This document shows positions 19,092 to 29,357 of a stretch of DNA of 64,000 bases, in pieces (within the stretch, counting starts at the first letter, position 1; each line of letters begins with the position of its first letter). Source of the stretch: an uncultured virus (IMG/VR IMGVR_UViG_3300031998_000023) (taxonomy: Duplodnaviria; Heunggongvirae; Uroviricota; Caudoviricetes); IMG/VR virus record IMGVR_UViG_3300031998_000023. One strand, written 5' to 3'. The notes under the pieces are model-generated. The model was given only the letters and a program-made list of their open reading frames with translations. It was not told where the DNA came from and did no database searches. Position numbers and translations under genes: made by a program.

Positions 19092-19526
19092 ATGAAATCT
19101 TATAAAATTTACCTTGCATCATCTTTAAGTCTTGATAAGAGAGACAAAATGTTTGAGGCAATTGAATACCTAAGAAGCATTGGGCATGATGTGTATGCAC
19201 CTGTTGAGCACAAAATTGCAAATGCTTGGGATTATCCAAATGATGAATGGGGCCTTATGGTGTTTGAAGATGATATTAAGGCAATAAAAGAATCAGAGAT
19301 TGTTGTTATGCTTTCATACGGAAGAGATTCCACTGCCGGTGCTAATTGGGAGAGTGGATATGCTTTTGGACTTGGTAAGAAGATTATTCTTGTTGAAATG
19401 ACAGATGGCGTTATGTCTCTTATGGTTGCAAACGGAAGATATGCAACTGTTAAGGGGTTGGATGGGTTGAAGTCATATGATTGGGATAAAATGCCTCCTA
19501 TGAGAACAACGACAGAACAGAAATGA
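19092..19526 (+). CDS. Nucleoside 2-deoxyribosyltransferase / nucleotide N-glycosidase family
   Basis: IYLAS, DIKAIKESEIVV, GANWESGYAFGLGK. Confidence 0.82.
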   Translation: MKSYKIYLASSLSLDKRDKMFEAIEYLRSIGHDVYAPVEHKIANAWDYPNDEWGLMVFEDDIKAIKESEIVVMLSYGRDSTAGANWESGYAFGLGKKIILVEMTDGVMSLMVANGRYATVKGLDGLKSYDWDKMPPMRTTTEQK

Positions 19527-20401
19527 AATGGGATAATTATTATAATTTACCTGAAATACAAGAAGTTAGAGATAAAATTATAGATACATACACAAATAAA
19601 TTAGTTTTTATTGAGGGACCGCATAAATACTACCTTGATGGCGTTGAGTATATTTCGGTGTCAGAAGTAACACATAAATATAAGCCAATTGATAGTGAGC
19701 AAATGGCAGAAAATTGTGTTAAGAAATGGAAAAAAGACCAAGACCCATCATATAAGTATTTTGGTATGTCAAAGGAAGAAATTCTTGCGCAATGGAAAGT
19801 TAAGTCTGATAATGCTTGTGAGTTCGGAACAAATGTTCATGCCTTTGGTGAAAGTATGTTTTATTATATGACAGGACAGCCCGAAAAAATACTTCCTGAA
19901 TGTAAAGAACAATTTGATGAGACAGGACCGATTCCTGCAAATCCACAGGAAGAAGCAATAGTAAAATTCTGGAACGATTTACCTGATAACTTTGTTCCTG
20001 TACTTGCTGAAACAAAGGTATTTAATAGAAATGGAACACAATACGCAGGAACATTCGATATATTATTTTATTATGTAGAAGAAATAGAATCGCCAAAGAA
20101 CGGCTTGATTATATTTGACTACAAGACAAATGAAGACCTATATAAAAACTATCGTGGACAAACATTGCTTTGGCCATTTCAAGATTTGTTAGACCAAAAT
20201 GCTTCTTATTATCAATTGCAATTGTCGTGTTATCAAATTCCATTAGAAAATTTAGGATATAAAGTAATAGGAAGAAGACTTATTTGGGTAAGGCCTGATG
20301 GTAACTATGAAAAAGTTAAATTGGATTCAGTATCTGGCCGGTTACGTGAAGCCTTAAATATTCCAAGTGCAAATGAAATTATAGAAAAAGGAATCCTGTA
20401 G
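19523..20401 (+). CDS. PD-(D/E)XK exonuclease (Cas4/RecB-like)
   Basis: SVSEV, GTNVH, LAE, YAGTFD, IFDYKTN, YQLQLSCY. Confidence 0.85.
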   Translation: MKWDNYYNLPEIQEVRDKIIDTYTNKLVFIEGPHKYYLDGVEYISVSEVTHKYKPIDSEQMAENCVKKWKKDQDPSYKYFGMSKEEILAQWKVKSDNACEFGTNVHAFGESMFYYMTGQPEKILPECKEQFDETGPIPANPQEEAIVKFWNDLPDNFVPVLAETKVFNRNGTQYAGTFDILFYYVEEIESPKNGLIIFDYKTNEDLYKNYRGQTLLWPFQDLLDQNASYYQLQLSCYQIPLENLGYKVIGRRLIWVRPDGNYEKVKLDSVSGRLREALNIPSANEIIEKGIL

Positions 20402-20440
20402 TTTGTAATTACAGGATTTTTTTTGTATATTCATCATAGT

Positions 20441-20842
20441 ATGTATTTTGTAGGAAAAAAAATATTAGAAACGTCTGAAATTGATATAGAGGCTTATAAG
20501 GTCATAAGGCATGTTGGATTTTTGAAGCCAAAACATACTGGCCCATATATGACAAATTATGAATTTTATGACCTTAATGGAACCTATTTTACTACAGGTT
20601 TTTTCAATGAGCCACATTTTTTAAATGGAAAATATGTATCTACAGGAGGATTTCATTCTTTTAAGAATCTTCAAGATGCTGTTAAAGAAATGGACTTTTT
20701 GGGTGAATATGTAACAACAGGAAAAGATGAAAGCCTTGAAATAGTTCCATGCATTATACCAGCAAAAACTAGTTTTTCTACAGGATATGAAGAGGGTGGT
20801 ATTCCAGTTTATTGCAGTTGTACGTTAAAATTAAATTATTAA
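20441..20842 (+). CDS. Hypothetical protein, paralogue family A
   Basis: AYKV...GFHSF...CIIPAKT...YCS..LK shared with 24168 and 42388. Confidence 0.7.
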   Translation: MYFVGKKILETSEIDIEAYKVIRHVGFLKPKHTGPYMTNYEFYDLNGTYFTTGFFNEPHFLNGKYVSTGGFHSFKNLQDAVKEMDFLGEYVTTGKDESLEIVPCIIPAKTSFSTGYEEGGIPVYCSCTLKLNY

Positions 20843-20845
20843 GAT

Positions 20846-21100
20846 ATGACAGACAAAGTTATGACATTCAAGCATACAAAAGATGGTATGCTGACAGCTG
20901 AGAATCAAAGAGGTGAATTCCTTTTAAAGAACGAAATGCTTGGCGTTCTTCACGAAATGATTGGAGAAAAAGAAAGAGTTCTTGCAAATTATTCAAGTGA
21001 AGATGACACAAGGAAAGATGAAGATTGGTTTAAGCTGGCTAAGACAAAATACGAAAGTCAATTAGAAGTGTTGAAAGAAGTTAAAAGATTATTATACTAA
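20846..21100 (+). CDS. Hypothetical protein
   Basis: 84 aa ORF in operon. Confidence 0.6.
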   Translation: MTDKVMTFKHTKDGMLTAENQRGEFLLKNEMLGVLHEMIGEKERVLANYSSEDDTRKDEDWFKLAKTKYESQLEVLKEVKRLLY

Positions 21101-21783
21101 TGAGTTTAAGACATTACGATAGCATACCGAGAATACAGGACTACACAAGCCTAAATGGTGAAATGGTTTCTGGCTATAACAAGTTAGATGGCCAAAATTT
21201 TTGTGTTTGTTATAGGCCAAAACATAAGATTTGGGGGCCTTGTGGGTCTCGTACCCGTACAGTTGATGAAAACGATGAACAATTCGGCAATACTGTAAAA
21301 TGGTTCAATAATTCAAATTATAAAGCCATTTTAGAAAACATTGTCGCTAACAATAGAGGTAAAAAGCAATTGTTTAATGGCGTTGATGAGATGACATTCT
21401 ATTTTGAATGGTATGGAGAAAACTCATTCGCAGGTAGGCATCAAGAAGGTGATGAAATGCACCTTGCTCTTACCGATGTTTTCATAAAGAAAAGAGGGTA
21501 TATTCAACCACGTGATTTTGATGCTCTATTCAGAGATAAAGGAATTGAGTTACCAGACCTAATATACTATGGAATTCTGAATATGGATTTGGTCAACAAG
21601 ATAATGGAAAACGATTGGACCCAAGAAGGCTGTAATTTTCCGAATGTAAAAGAGGGTGTTGTGTTCAAAAGAACAACTTTGCTTCCTGGCCAGCGCAGAC
21701 CTATGGTAAAGGTTAAAACAAAATGGTGGCTAAATAAACTTCACTCCATGTATAGTGAGGAGGAATGTAAAATATTGGAGTAA
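21100..21783 (+). CDS. RNA ligase-like nucleotidyltransferase
   Basis: NKLDGQN, FEWYG, EGVVFK, KVKT. Confidence 0.75.
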   Translation: MSLRHYDSIPRIQDYTSLNGEMVSGYNKLDGQNFCVCYRPKHKIWGPCGSRTRTVDENDEQFGNTVKWFNNSNYKAILENIVANNRGKKQLFNGVDEMTFYFEWYGENSFAGRHQEGDEMHLALTDVFIKKRGYIQPRDFDALFRDKGIELPDLIYYGILNMDLVNKIMENDWTQEGCNFPNVKEGVVFKRTTLLPGQRRPMVKVKTKWWLNKLHSMYSEEECKILE

Positions 21784-21784
21784 T

Positions 21785-22096
21785 ATGAATAGCCTTTATT
21801 TTGCTAATGCCCGCTCAGAAGATGGCTACATTAGATATATCATATCTGCACCAACGGAAATTGTTTGCAGAAGTGTTATTACTAATGAATTAAAAAGGAT
21901 GCATGATTCTGCATATTTAATTACAGAGGAAGAAATAGAAAACAAAACCAGTAAAACATTCAAAGATTTATTGGATATGTTTTATATAACAGAAATTGGT
22001 GTTGCTAATGAAAAGTTTAACGTAATTGGACTTTTATATAAGGAAACTGGTTTTTATAATAAAAAATATATTTTTGATATAGATGATTTTGAGTAG
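21785..22096 (+). CDS. Hypothetical protein
   Basis: ORF in operon; probable start MNSLYF. Confidence 0.6.
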   Translation: MNSLYFANARSEDGYIRYIISAPTEIVCRSVITNELKRMHDSAYLITEEEIENKTSKTFKDLLDMFYITEIGVANEKFNVIGLLYKETGFYNKKYIFDIDDFE

Positions 22097-22325
22097 AAAA
22101 GATGAAATAAAACAAGTTGCAAAAGAAACTTACCCAAATGAAGGATGGGAATTTCAAAGAGTCTCTTTTGTTAGAGGCGCAATGTGGGCCGATGAGCATC
22201 CATCAAATGAGCGTTTTAAAGAAAAAGCCCATGAGTGGATAGAGAAATATATTGCTGAAGCAACTGGTATTGATTCTTCCGCTTTAATTGAATCATTTGA
22301 TGAAATGTTGGAGGAAAATAAATGA
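22083..22325 (+). CDS. Small protein, paralogue family B (FxxGAxWADEHP)
   Basis: Motif shared with the adjacent 22322 gene. Confidence 0.7.
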   Translation: MILSRKDEIKQVAKETYPNEGWEFQRVSFVRGAMWADEHPSNERFKEKAHEWIEKYIAEATGIDSSALIESFDEMLEENK

Positions 22326-22576
22326 ATAGAGAAGAAGAAATACAAATAAGGGCTGAACAAGAATATGATTGGTTTGGCGATACAGGTGATGTTAAAGGAG
22401 CTTTTATTAGTGGTGCAAAATGGGCCGATGAGCATCCTGACAAAGAAAAGTTAAAAAAGGAGTTCATAGATAAGGCTGTTGCGTTTTTACAGGAAGATAT
22501 TATAGAAGACTATGATGGCCTTATATACGAAGGCTTTTTGGAAAATTTTAGAAATACAATGGAAGAACAACTATGA
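22322..22576 (+). CDS. Small protein, paralogue family B
   Basis: FISGAKWADEHP. Confidence 0.7.
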   Translation: MNREEEIQIRAEQEYDWFGDTGDVKGAFISGAKWADEHPDKEKLKKEFIDKAVAFLQEDIIEDYDGLIYEGFLENFRNTMEEQL

Positions 22577-22711
22577 ATGAAACTGTAATATGTGGCCATT
22601 GTGCCTATGGATTTGATGAACTTGGACAGGAAGGTAAAATGGTTCATTGCTGTAAATTAAAGAAATCAGTGCCGTTTAATAATACTTGCGAAGAAGGAAA
22701 AGAATACTAAT

Positions 22712-23059
22712 ATGGGTAAAAAGAATAAATTTTTTAAAACAGCGTTGACTGAATTACCAAAGTATATAAACGCAAAAGGAAAATCCTATAAATTGGATAG
22801 TTCGCATGGTAATTCAAAGACATTTGGGGAATGGTGGTCATATAAATATACGGACAATGATGAACCTGAACAACTTCCAATTCAAGCTTCTGATGGGGGC
22901 TCCATATATTATTTATGCTCCATGGAAGATACTGAGGAAGAAGCAAAGGCTGATATGCTTAATAGATTAAATACGATGGTTGAGATTATGACAGAAGAAG
23001 ACATCAAAGAGCAATCAAGATTATGGAAAGAAAGAATGGAAAAACTTAAAAAGAAATGA
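22712..23059 (+). CDS. Hypothetical protein
   Basis: 115 aa ORF. Confidence 0.6.
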   Translation: MGKKNKFFKTALTELPKYINAKGKSYKLDSSHGNSKTFGEWWSYKYTDNDEPEQLPIQASDGGSIYYLCSMEDTEEEAKADMLNRLNTMVEIMTEEDIKEQSRLWKERMEKLKKK

Positions 23060-23250
23060 AAATAAAGGTTAGTAAAAATTATCCATTCGAAAGCCTAATT
23101 GCTGAAATGGATTATAGAAGATTGTTACGTGGCGATGATTGTACGTGGAGTTCGCCAAATACATCTACTTGGGAAGAAATGGATGTTGATATTGACCAAC
23201 TACATGAGTTAATAAGCAAAGGATATGCAATAAGAATAAATTGTTAAGAT

Positions 23251-23631
23251 ATGGGAAAAAATATACATAAACTTGTTATTGATGAAGACACAACAAAAGA
23301 AATAGAAGCGCAATCTGAAAAAGACTTTAAACAGTTCCAAGATAAACAGGTTTATAGTGGGCATCATTTATACTATAAAGGTGGGTATATGGATGGTGCT
23401 AAGTTTGCGTTGGAAAACCAATGGCGTAGTGGTAGGCCAAAAGAATCAGGCGTGTATTTGTGCTGTGATTTGAATCATAGTGCATTTTTACAATACCCAT
23501 TTACTTGTTTTTATGACGCTGAAGAATTTTCTTGGTACACAATAGTTGGTACAATAAAAATAAAGCAAAATGTGACCCATTGGATGCATATACCTCATGT
23601 AAAAGAATGGGATTATCCTTCAAAATTTTAA
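23251..23631 (+). CDS. Hypothetical protein (family B-like N-half plus DUF551-like C-half)
   Basis: GYMDGAKFA..QW and VTHWMHIP. Confidence 0.6.
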   Translation: MGKNIHKLVIDEDTTKEIEAQSEKDFKQFQDKQVYSGHHLYYKGGYMDGAKFALENQWRSGRPKESGVYLCCDLNHSAFLQYPFTCFYDAEEFSWYTIVGTIKIKQNVTHWMHIPHVKEWDYPSKF

Positions 23632-23803
23632 TATTATGGAAGAATCAAAAGATTTAATCGAAGAATTTGCTATTTGTACTGATGAAGACGTATTGAATGG
23701 TAATAAGTTTTGCTATTGCTGTTCAGAATATTGTCCGTTTTATAAAATAGTGACAAAAGAAGAATATGATATTTTTTGGGATAACTATGATAATGAATAA
23801 GAT

Positions 23804-23977
23804 ATGAAACATTTTCAAGACGAAGAAAACGATTCAATGAAAGATTATGAATTCAGTTTGATGCATCATGACGATGACCCGACAAATGATGATTATGATA
23901 AGTCATTGTTGCACCATGACGATGATTCAAATTGGAATGACTATGATTCTACAATAAGACATTTTCAAGACGATTAA
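23804..23977 (+). CDS. Small acidic tandem-repeat peptide (57 aa)
   Basis: MKHFQDEENDSMKDYEFSLMHHDDDPTNDDYDKSLLHHDDDSNWNDYDSTIRHFQDD; fills the gap between flanking ORFs. Confidence 0.6.
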   Translation: MKHFQDEENDSMKDYEFSLMHHDDDPTNDDYDKSLLHHDDDSNWNDYDSTIRHFQDD

Positions 23978-24167
23978 TTATGACAGTAAAAGAACTTATT
24001 AATGAATTAATGCAATATGACCAAAATGCAGAAGTAACTGTTGGTGATAATTTCTATAACGGAATTTCAATAAGTTACGGATATTCTGAAGGTTGTACAA
24101 AAGAACATTGCGAGTTTGTTTGCTTTGATAAAAAGCAAGATAACAACAAAGAAAAAACAAATTAATT

Positions 24168-24545
24168 ATGTGCTTATATTCATGGCAAAAAAGAAAAAAG
24201 GCAACTAAAGATATTGAGTGCTATAAAATAGTTGTAATGAAAAATGGCGTTATTCATTCAAAATATCACGATAAAGAGTGGGAAATGAATAAGTTATATG
24301 AAGCAGAAAAAGCATCACCATTTAAAATAAAGTCAGATGGCGATGTGACAAGTGGGTATTTTCATTCATATGATTCTTTTGAAGAAGTAAAGAGATGGGC
24401 CTTTTGTGATAAAAATGAAGTAGTTTGTAGGTGTATTATACCAGCTGGTACATATTATTATTATGGAATACACTCAGACGGGCATGAGGGATACGCCTCT
24501 AAAAAATTGAAAATAACGGAAATAATATCAGAATATCATGGATAA
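24168..24545 (+). CDS. Hypothetical protein, paralogue family A
   Basis: MCLY...DIECYK...YFHSY...CIIPAGT.YYYG...YASKKLKI. Confidence 0.7.
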   Translation: MCLYSWQKRKKATKDIECYKIVVMKNGVIHSKYHDKEWEMNKLYEAEKASPFKIKSDGDVTSGYFHSYDSFEEVKRWAFCDKNEVVCRCIIPAGTYYYYGIHSDGHEGYASKKLKITEIISEYHG

Positions 24546-25080
24546 TATTTGGATATATAAATCAACAGGACAACAATATAAAGTCATATCTGAAAATGCA
24601 AGGATGAAAGACCCATCAATGCCTGATAGGTGGATTGATTGTGTGATTTATTCTCCAATGTATGAAAACCAATATGAAATGTTTTCAAGAGAGAAATATG
24701 ACTTTTATGATAAGTTTGAAAAACAAGAAAAAACTACAGTTAGACAAGTAATTGTTAGGTTTTATAGAGAAAATGGTGAGTGGTATGCTGACATTCCAAA
24801 CCATACAAAGGAAGAAAATCAGATGGTTATGGGTGCAGATTTGGCACTTGATTTTTTGGCTCAAGATAGAAATGAAATTATTCTCACACTTTCAGATGAA
24901 GTTGGGGATGGCTTAAATATGCTTCATTTCCATAGATTAGAACATGATGACGATGGCGCATATTACCAAGTATGTGGGAGTTATGATTTAATAGAGCCTA
25001 TATGGATTTGTAATGTAACACACGATGTTTTTGGTGAGCATCCAGAAGACATATATTTAATAAGGTTTGAAAGAAAATAA
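24538..25080 (+). CDS. Two-domain protein with DUF1653-like N-terminus
   Basis: YKSTGQQYKV...VIY...MFSRE..DFYDKF, followed by a WYAD...MVMGAD domain. Confidence 0.5.
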   Translation: MDNIWIYKSTGQQYKVISENARMKDPSMPDRWIDCVIYSPMYENQYEMFSREKYDFYDKFEKQEKTTVRQVIVRFYRENGEWYADIPNHTKEENQMVMGADLALDFLAQDRNEIILTLSDEVGDGLNMLHFHRLEHDDDGAYYQVCGSYDLIEPIWICNVTHDVFGEHPEDIYLIRFERK

Positions 25081-25100
25081 GGTTAAACAATTGAAAATTA

Positions 25101-25853
25101 ATGGAGTTAAAGCCTGTAAAGGAGTATTTTAGAAAAGGAATAAAAAAGGACTCAAGAGACGGTGATAATGACTATATCAAGAGGTACACGACATATGGCT
25201 TTAAAAAGGCTTACGAAATGTGGAACGAATATTCGCATGATTCAATAAACAGTTTTTTCAATGACTTTTCAAAAGATTACAGTGATGAATTTTTGAATGC
25301 CAATTGTAAAAAATGCTATGATGAAATGCATGAGAATGGTTCTGAGGTTGAGTATGACAATCTTTTCGACTTGTTAATAAGAAGACTTGTAATTGATGCA
25401 TATATCGGTTTTAAATTTGAAGAAATCATTAAAGAAAACCTTGTAAAGAACGGAATTGCAATACATAATTATGATGTAATTTCAAATGAGGAAGAAAGAA
25501 CGCTTGACTATAAGTACGGCATTGATATAATGACTTTCAATGGTGATGAGGTTTCTTCGTTGATACAGGTTAAAAACACTACCACATTCGATGATGATAA
25601 TCATTATATAAGAGCAAGGAGAATAGAGTTCTTTGAAAAAGAGGAAGAGGCTAATGACTTCATTGATGACGGTAAATATAGAGAAGTGAAATTCTATGTT
25701 TACAATAAGGATGCGTTCATTTATAACAATAAATATGAATTTTTCGTTAATCCGGAAACGGATAAATGTTATTTTAAATTAAATGATTTGGTCAATAAAG
25801 AAGACGGGTCATTAAAATTTCACATTAAGAAATTAAAATCAAGAGAACTATGA
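25101..25853 (+). CDS. Putative restriction-endonuclease-fold protein
   Basis: E...D.KYGID...IQVK pattern. Confidence 0.45.
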   Translation: MELKPVKEYFRKGIKKDSRDGDNDYIKRYTTYGFKKAYEMWNEYSHDSINSFFNDFSKDYSDEFLNANCKKCYDEMHENGSEVEYDNLFDLLIRRLVIDAYIGFKFEEIIKENLVKNGIAIHNYDVISNEEERTLDYKYGIDIMTFNGDEVSSLIQVKNTTTFDDDNHYIRARRIEFFEKEEEANDFIDDGKYREVKFYVYNKDAFIYNNKYEFFVNPETDKCYFKLNDLVNKEDGSLKFHIKKLKSREL

Positions 25854-26914
25854 AATGGGCTAAGCAGTTTATAACAAAAGAAGACGGAACCAATGTAGAG
25901 GCACAAGCACCTATGATTATTTCCGCAAGCAGAAGCACTGATATTCCTGCATTTTATTCAGATTGGTTTTTCCATAGACTGAAGGTTGGTTATTCAGCAT
26001 GGATTAATCCTTTCAACAAGGAAAAGTCTTACATATCATATAACAAATGTAAGTTTATTGTATTTTGGTCCAAGAATCCAAAGCCGTTGATACCGCATTT
26101 GGATGAATTGAAAGAACGTGGTATTGGTTGTTATATTCAATATACATTAAATGATTATGAGAATGATGGTCTTGAAAAAGGAGTTCCACCATTGGAAGAA
26201 AGAATTGAAACTTTCAAAGCACTTGTTGATAAATTAGGCAAAGGAAATGTGATATGGAGATTCGACCCACTAATCCTTACTGACGAAATCACAATTACTA
26301 CTTTGCTTGAAAAGATTAAAAAAGTTGGCGACAAATTACTTGGATATGCTGATAAACTTGTATTTAGTTTTGCCGATATATTAACATACAAAAAGGTACA
26401 GGGAAATTTGACTGCCAATGGAATCAAATATCAGGAATGGGATGAAGAATCTCAGGTTAAATTTGCTGCTGCTCTTGCCGAATTGAATAAGTTTTCTCAA
26501 TGGAATTATAAACTTGCCACATGTGGAGAAAAGGCTGATTTGTCTGAGTTTGGTATTGAACATAACAAATGTATTGATGATGAATTAATTACCAAGATTT
26601 CATATAATGACAAAGAACTTATGGATTTTCTTGGAATTAGAATTAAATTCGTTGATGATTATTTGTTTGGTGAAGAAGCGTTGCCTGATGATGCAATTAT
26701 AATTAATGGCGACTATTACGGTGTAAGAACAAAGTCAAACAAAGACACCGGCCAACGTGCATTATGTGGCTGTATTGTAAGTAAAGACATTGGACAGTAT
26801 AATACATGCGCTCATATGTGCGAGTACTGTTATGCAAATTCAGACAAAGACGTTGCAAAGGAAAATTACCATAAATTCATAGAAAATGGTGGTTTAGGGG
26901 AAACAATTATATAG
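25850..26914 (+). CDS. DUF1848 family protein (radical SAM-like, C-terminal CxxxCxxC)
   Basis: IISASRSTDIPAFY, FWSKNP, WRFDP, QR..CGC..SKDIGQYNTCAHMCEYCYAN. Confidence 0.9.
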   Translation: MKWAKQFITKEDGTNVEAQAPMIISASRSTDIPAFYSDWFFHRLKVGYSAWINPFNKEKSYISYNKCKFIVFWSKNPKPLIPHLDELKERGIGCYIQYTLNDYENDGLEKGVPPLEERIETFKALVDKLGKGNVIWRFDPLILTDEITITTLLEKIKKVGDKLLGYADKLVFSFADILTYKKVQGNLTANGIKYQEWDEESQVKFAAALAELNKFSQWNYKLATCGEKADLSEFGIEHNKCIDDELITKISYNDKELMDFLGIRIKFVDDYLFGEEALPDDAIIINGDYYGVRTKSNKDTGQRALCGCIVSKDIGQYNTCAHMCEYCYANSDKDVAKENYHKFIENGGLGETII

Positions 26915-26956
26915 TTTGGCACAGTTTTTGATATAAATGGTCAAAATTAATTTAAT

Positions 26957-27418
26957 ATGGATAAAGAAACTAAAAAGTTATTACTAAAAGATGTATGCGC
27001 AAGATTGGTTTATGGCTTGAAAGCATATGTTGTTTGTAATAATTATCCAAATATCAATAATAAGCATTTTGAGGGTGATGTAACGGTTCTTTCAGCTTGG
27101 CCAAACGATGATGATGGAAGAATTGTTGTTGAAGATAGTGAAGGAAATGCTTTTGCTGTGTTTCTTGGAATTGAAGGCTATGAGGAAGATGTCTTCAAAC
27201 CTTATTTAAAGAAAATGCGCAAAATGCCAATAGTTGACAGGAACCAATATGAAAGTCTTAAACACGCTATTAGTGATGGCTATTTGTCAATTATAGGTCT
27301 TGAAGAAACCGATAAAAGTATTGATTTTCTCAATGAAAATTTTTATGATTATAGGGGCCTTATTGAACAAGGATTGTCTTTAGAAGCAAAAGATGACACA
27401 TATGAGAAGTCCATGTAA
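26957..27418 (+). CDS. Hypothetical protein, paralogue family C
   Basis: LLLKDVCARLVYG...PYL...YDYRGLIEQGL.LEA shared with 37946. Confidence 0.7.
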   Translation: MDKETKKLLLKDVCARLVYGLKAYVVCNNYPNINNKHFEGDVTVLSAWPNDDDGRIVVEDSEGNAFAVFLGIEGYEEDVFKPYLKKMRKMPIVDRNQYESLKHAISDGYLSIIGLEETDKSIDFLNENFYDYRGLIEQGLSLEAKDDTYEKSM

Positions 27419-28259
27419 TATTTGTATCGAAGAAGAATGCAAAGGCGCATATAATTGCCATTGCGAAACGTGCGAATTACGCATGAAATGCCCAAAACAT
27501 TTGCATGCAACAATTAGAATCACAAACAAATGCACCCAAAAATGTAGCCATTGCTGTTTTAACAGTTCACCTGAAAGTAATATTATGATGACTGTTGAAA
27601 TGGCTCAAGACATTGCAAAGTTTGTTAGAAACAACAATGTTGAATATCTTAACTTAATGGGTGGAGAGTTCTTTTGTAATCCTGATTGGTATAAGATTTT
27701 AAGCATTCTTATTGATTCAACTACCTTTGCAAGAATTGTTTCAAATGGTGATTGGGCTAATTCAAATGTTGTAAAGACTCAACTACTTAAATTGAAAGAT
27801 GAGTTTGGTAACAAATTCAAAATTTCAATTTCAAAAGACAAGTGGCATACCAATGAAAATGTTGAAAAGGCTGAAGAATTTTTAAAAGAAAAAAATTTTT
27901 TGTATAATATAGCAAAAGAAAGTGAAACAACTGACGAATCCATTGTTCCTATTGGAAGGTCAATGTTTAGCTTTAGCATGTTTTCAATGTTCCAATGCTA
28001 TTGCCATGAACCTGATAAGAAATATGGATTCTTAATTGATGAGGATGGAGATATATTCAAGTGTGAATTTGGTAATTTTGCATATGCCAATATCCATGAG
28101 TATATTGACGGTGGGTTTGACGCAAGGTTTAAAGAATACAATAAAAAATTTTACGAAATATTTATACCAAGTTGTAAAACATGCGCAAACTACTGTGAAT
28201 TCTTGCCAAAAGATGAACGTGAAGCGTATGGAAGAAAAATAACAGTAAACAGAGATTAA
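27402..28259 (+). CDS. Radical SAM protein with N-terminal Cys-rich segment
   Basis: TNKCTQKCSHCC, MGGEF, VSNG, C-terminal SPASM/twitch-like Cys. Confidence 0.88.
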   Translation: MRSPCNICIEEECKGAYNCHCETCELRMKCPKHLHATIRITNKCTQKCSHCCFNSSPESNIMMTVEMAQDIAKFVRNNNVEYLNLMGGEFFCNPDWYKILSILIDSTTFARIVSNGDWANSNVVKTQLLKLKDEFGNKFKISISKDKWHTNENVEKAEEFLKEKNFLYNIAKESETTDESIVPIGRSMFSFSMFSMFQCYCHEPDKKYGFLIDEDGDIFKCEFGNFAYANIHEYIDGGFDARFKEYNKKFYEIFIPSCKTCANYCEFLPKDEREAYGRKITVNRD

Positions 28260-28260
28260 T

Positions 28261-28500
28261 ATGGATAGCGAATTTTATGAAATTGTAAAAAACATTCCGT
28301 TGAAAAGCGGTGGCATAATTAACAAAGGTGGCCAATTGCAAAAGACTCATGGCGTTTATTACCTAAATGGTGGTATGTTACCTCCTGACTATCAAGCAGA
28401 CTTTGCAGGGCTTGTTTATGCCGAAAAAATGACAGGTTGGAATTACTTGGCTCCATTGAAGAGTAAGGTTGCCTTCCAAAATAGTAAAGAAGATAAATAA
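28261..28500 (+). CDS. Hypothetical protein
   Basis: 79 aa ORF coupled to the methyltransferase. Confidence 0.6.
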   Translation: MDSEFYEIVKNIPLKSGGIINKGGQLQKTHGVYYLNGGMLPPDYQADFAGLVYAEKMTGWNYLAPLKSKVAFQNSKEDK

Positions 28501-29273
28501 TGTCAAGTACTTGTATTATTTGTGGCGATTGCTGTGATGAGACTAAAAAATTAATAGATTCAGGCGTAAAAGTGGATTTGACAGTAACAAGTCCACCTTA
28601 CGATGATTTACGTACATATAAAGGGCAAAACTCATTTACAGAAGAAACTTGGAGAAGACTAATACCTTTGCTTTATGAACTAACAAATGATGGCGGCGTT
28701 GTTGTTTGGGTTGTTAATGATAGGACAAAGAATGGTAGTAAAACAGGTACTTCATTTAAGCAAGCACTTGCATTCATGGAAGCTGGGTTTAATCTCAATG
28801 ATACAATGATTTGGGAAAAGAAGAACCCAATGCCTCAGGTTAGTCAGCCAAGATATAGTTCTGGCTTTGAGTATATGTTCATTTTTTCAAAGGGGAAGCC
28901 TAAAACTTTTAATCCTATAATGGTTCCATGTAAATGCGCAGGACAAAAGTATGATTCTACATGCAAGAATATGGGTGGAGAAAATGGCCGTACAGAGAAA
29001 CATTTTACAATTAATAAGGAAAAGGTAAAGTCTAATATTTGGGATTTTGCAATCGCACGTAATAGAACAAATCATCCTGCCGTATTTCCACTTGATTTGG
29101 CATTAGACCATATCAAATCATGGACAAATGAAGGCGATTTGGTTTTTGACCCGTTTGTTGGTAGCGGAACAACAGGAATTGCATCTAAACAATTGAATAG
29201 AAGATTCATTGGAATAGACATTGTTCCTGAGTTTTGTGAACTTGCAAAACAGCAAATCAACGAAAATTTGTGA
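28500..29273 (+). CDS. Site-specific DNA methyltransferase, beta class (N4-C/N6-A)
   Basis: TSPPY, IWEK, HPAVFP, DPFVGSGTT. Confidence 0.93.
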   Translation: MSSTCIICGDCCDETKKLIDSGVKVDLTVTSPPYDDLRTYKGQNSFTEETWRRLIPLLYELTNDGGVVVWVVNDRTKNGSKTGTSFKQALAFMEAGFNLNDTMIWEKKNPMPQVSQPRYSSGFEYMFIFSKGKPKTFNPIMVPCKCAGQKYDSTCKNMGGENGRTEKHFTINKEKVKSNIWDFAIARNRTNHPAVFPLDLALDHIKSWTNEGDLVFDPFVGSGTTGIASKQLNRRFIGIDIVPEFCELAKQQINENL

Positions 29274-29357
29274 AAACATTGTTTTTAAAATATAAAATTT
29301 GTAAAAATATTTGTTTTAAAAAATAAAATTTGTATATTTATAATAAGATTTTTCCAT

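Noticed and set aside
19523..20401. CRISPR-Cas locus around the Cas4-like nuclease
   Set aside because: No repeat-spacer array or other cas genes seen; stand-alone phage exonucleases of this type are common
25101..29273. Complete type II restriction-modification system
   Set aside because: The nuclease call is weak and three to four genes separate it from the methyltransferase; an orphan protective methylase is more likely
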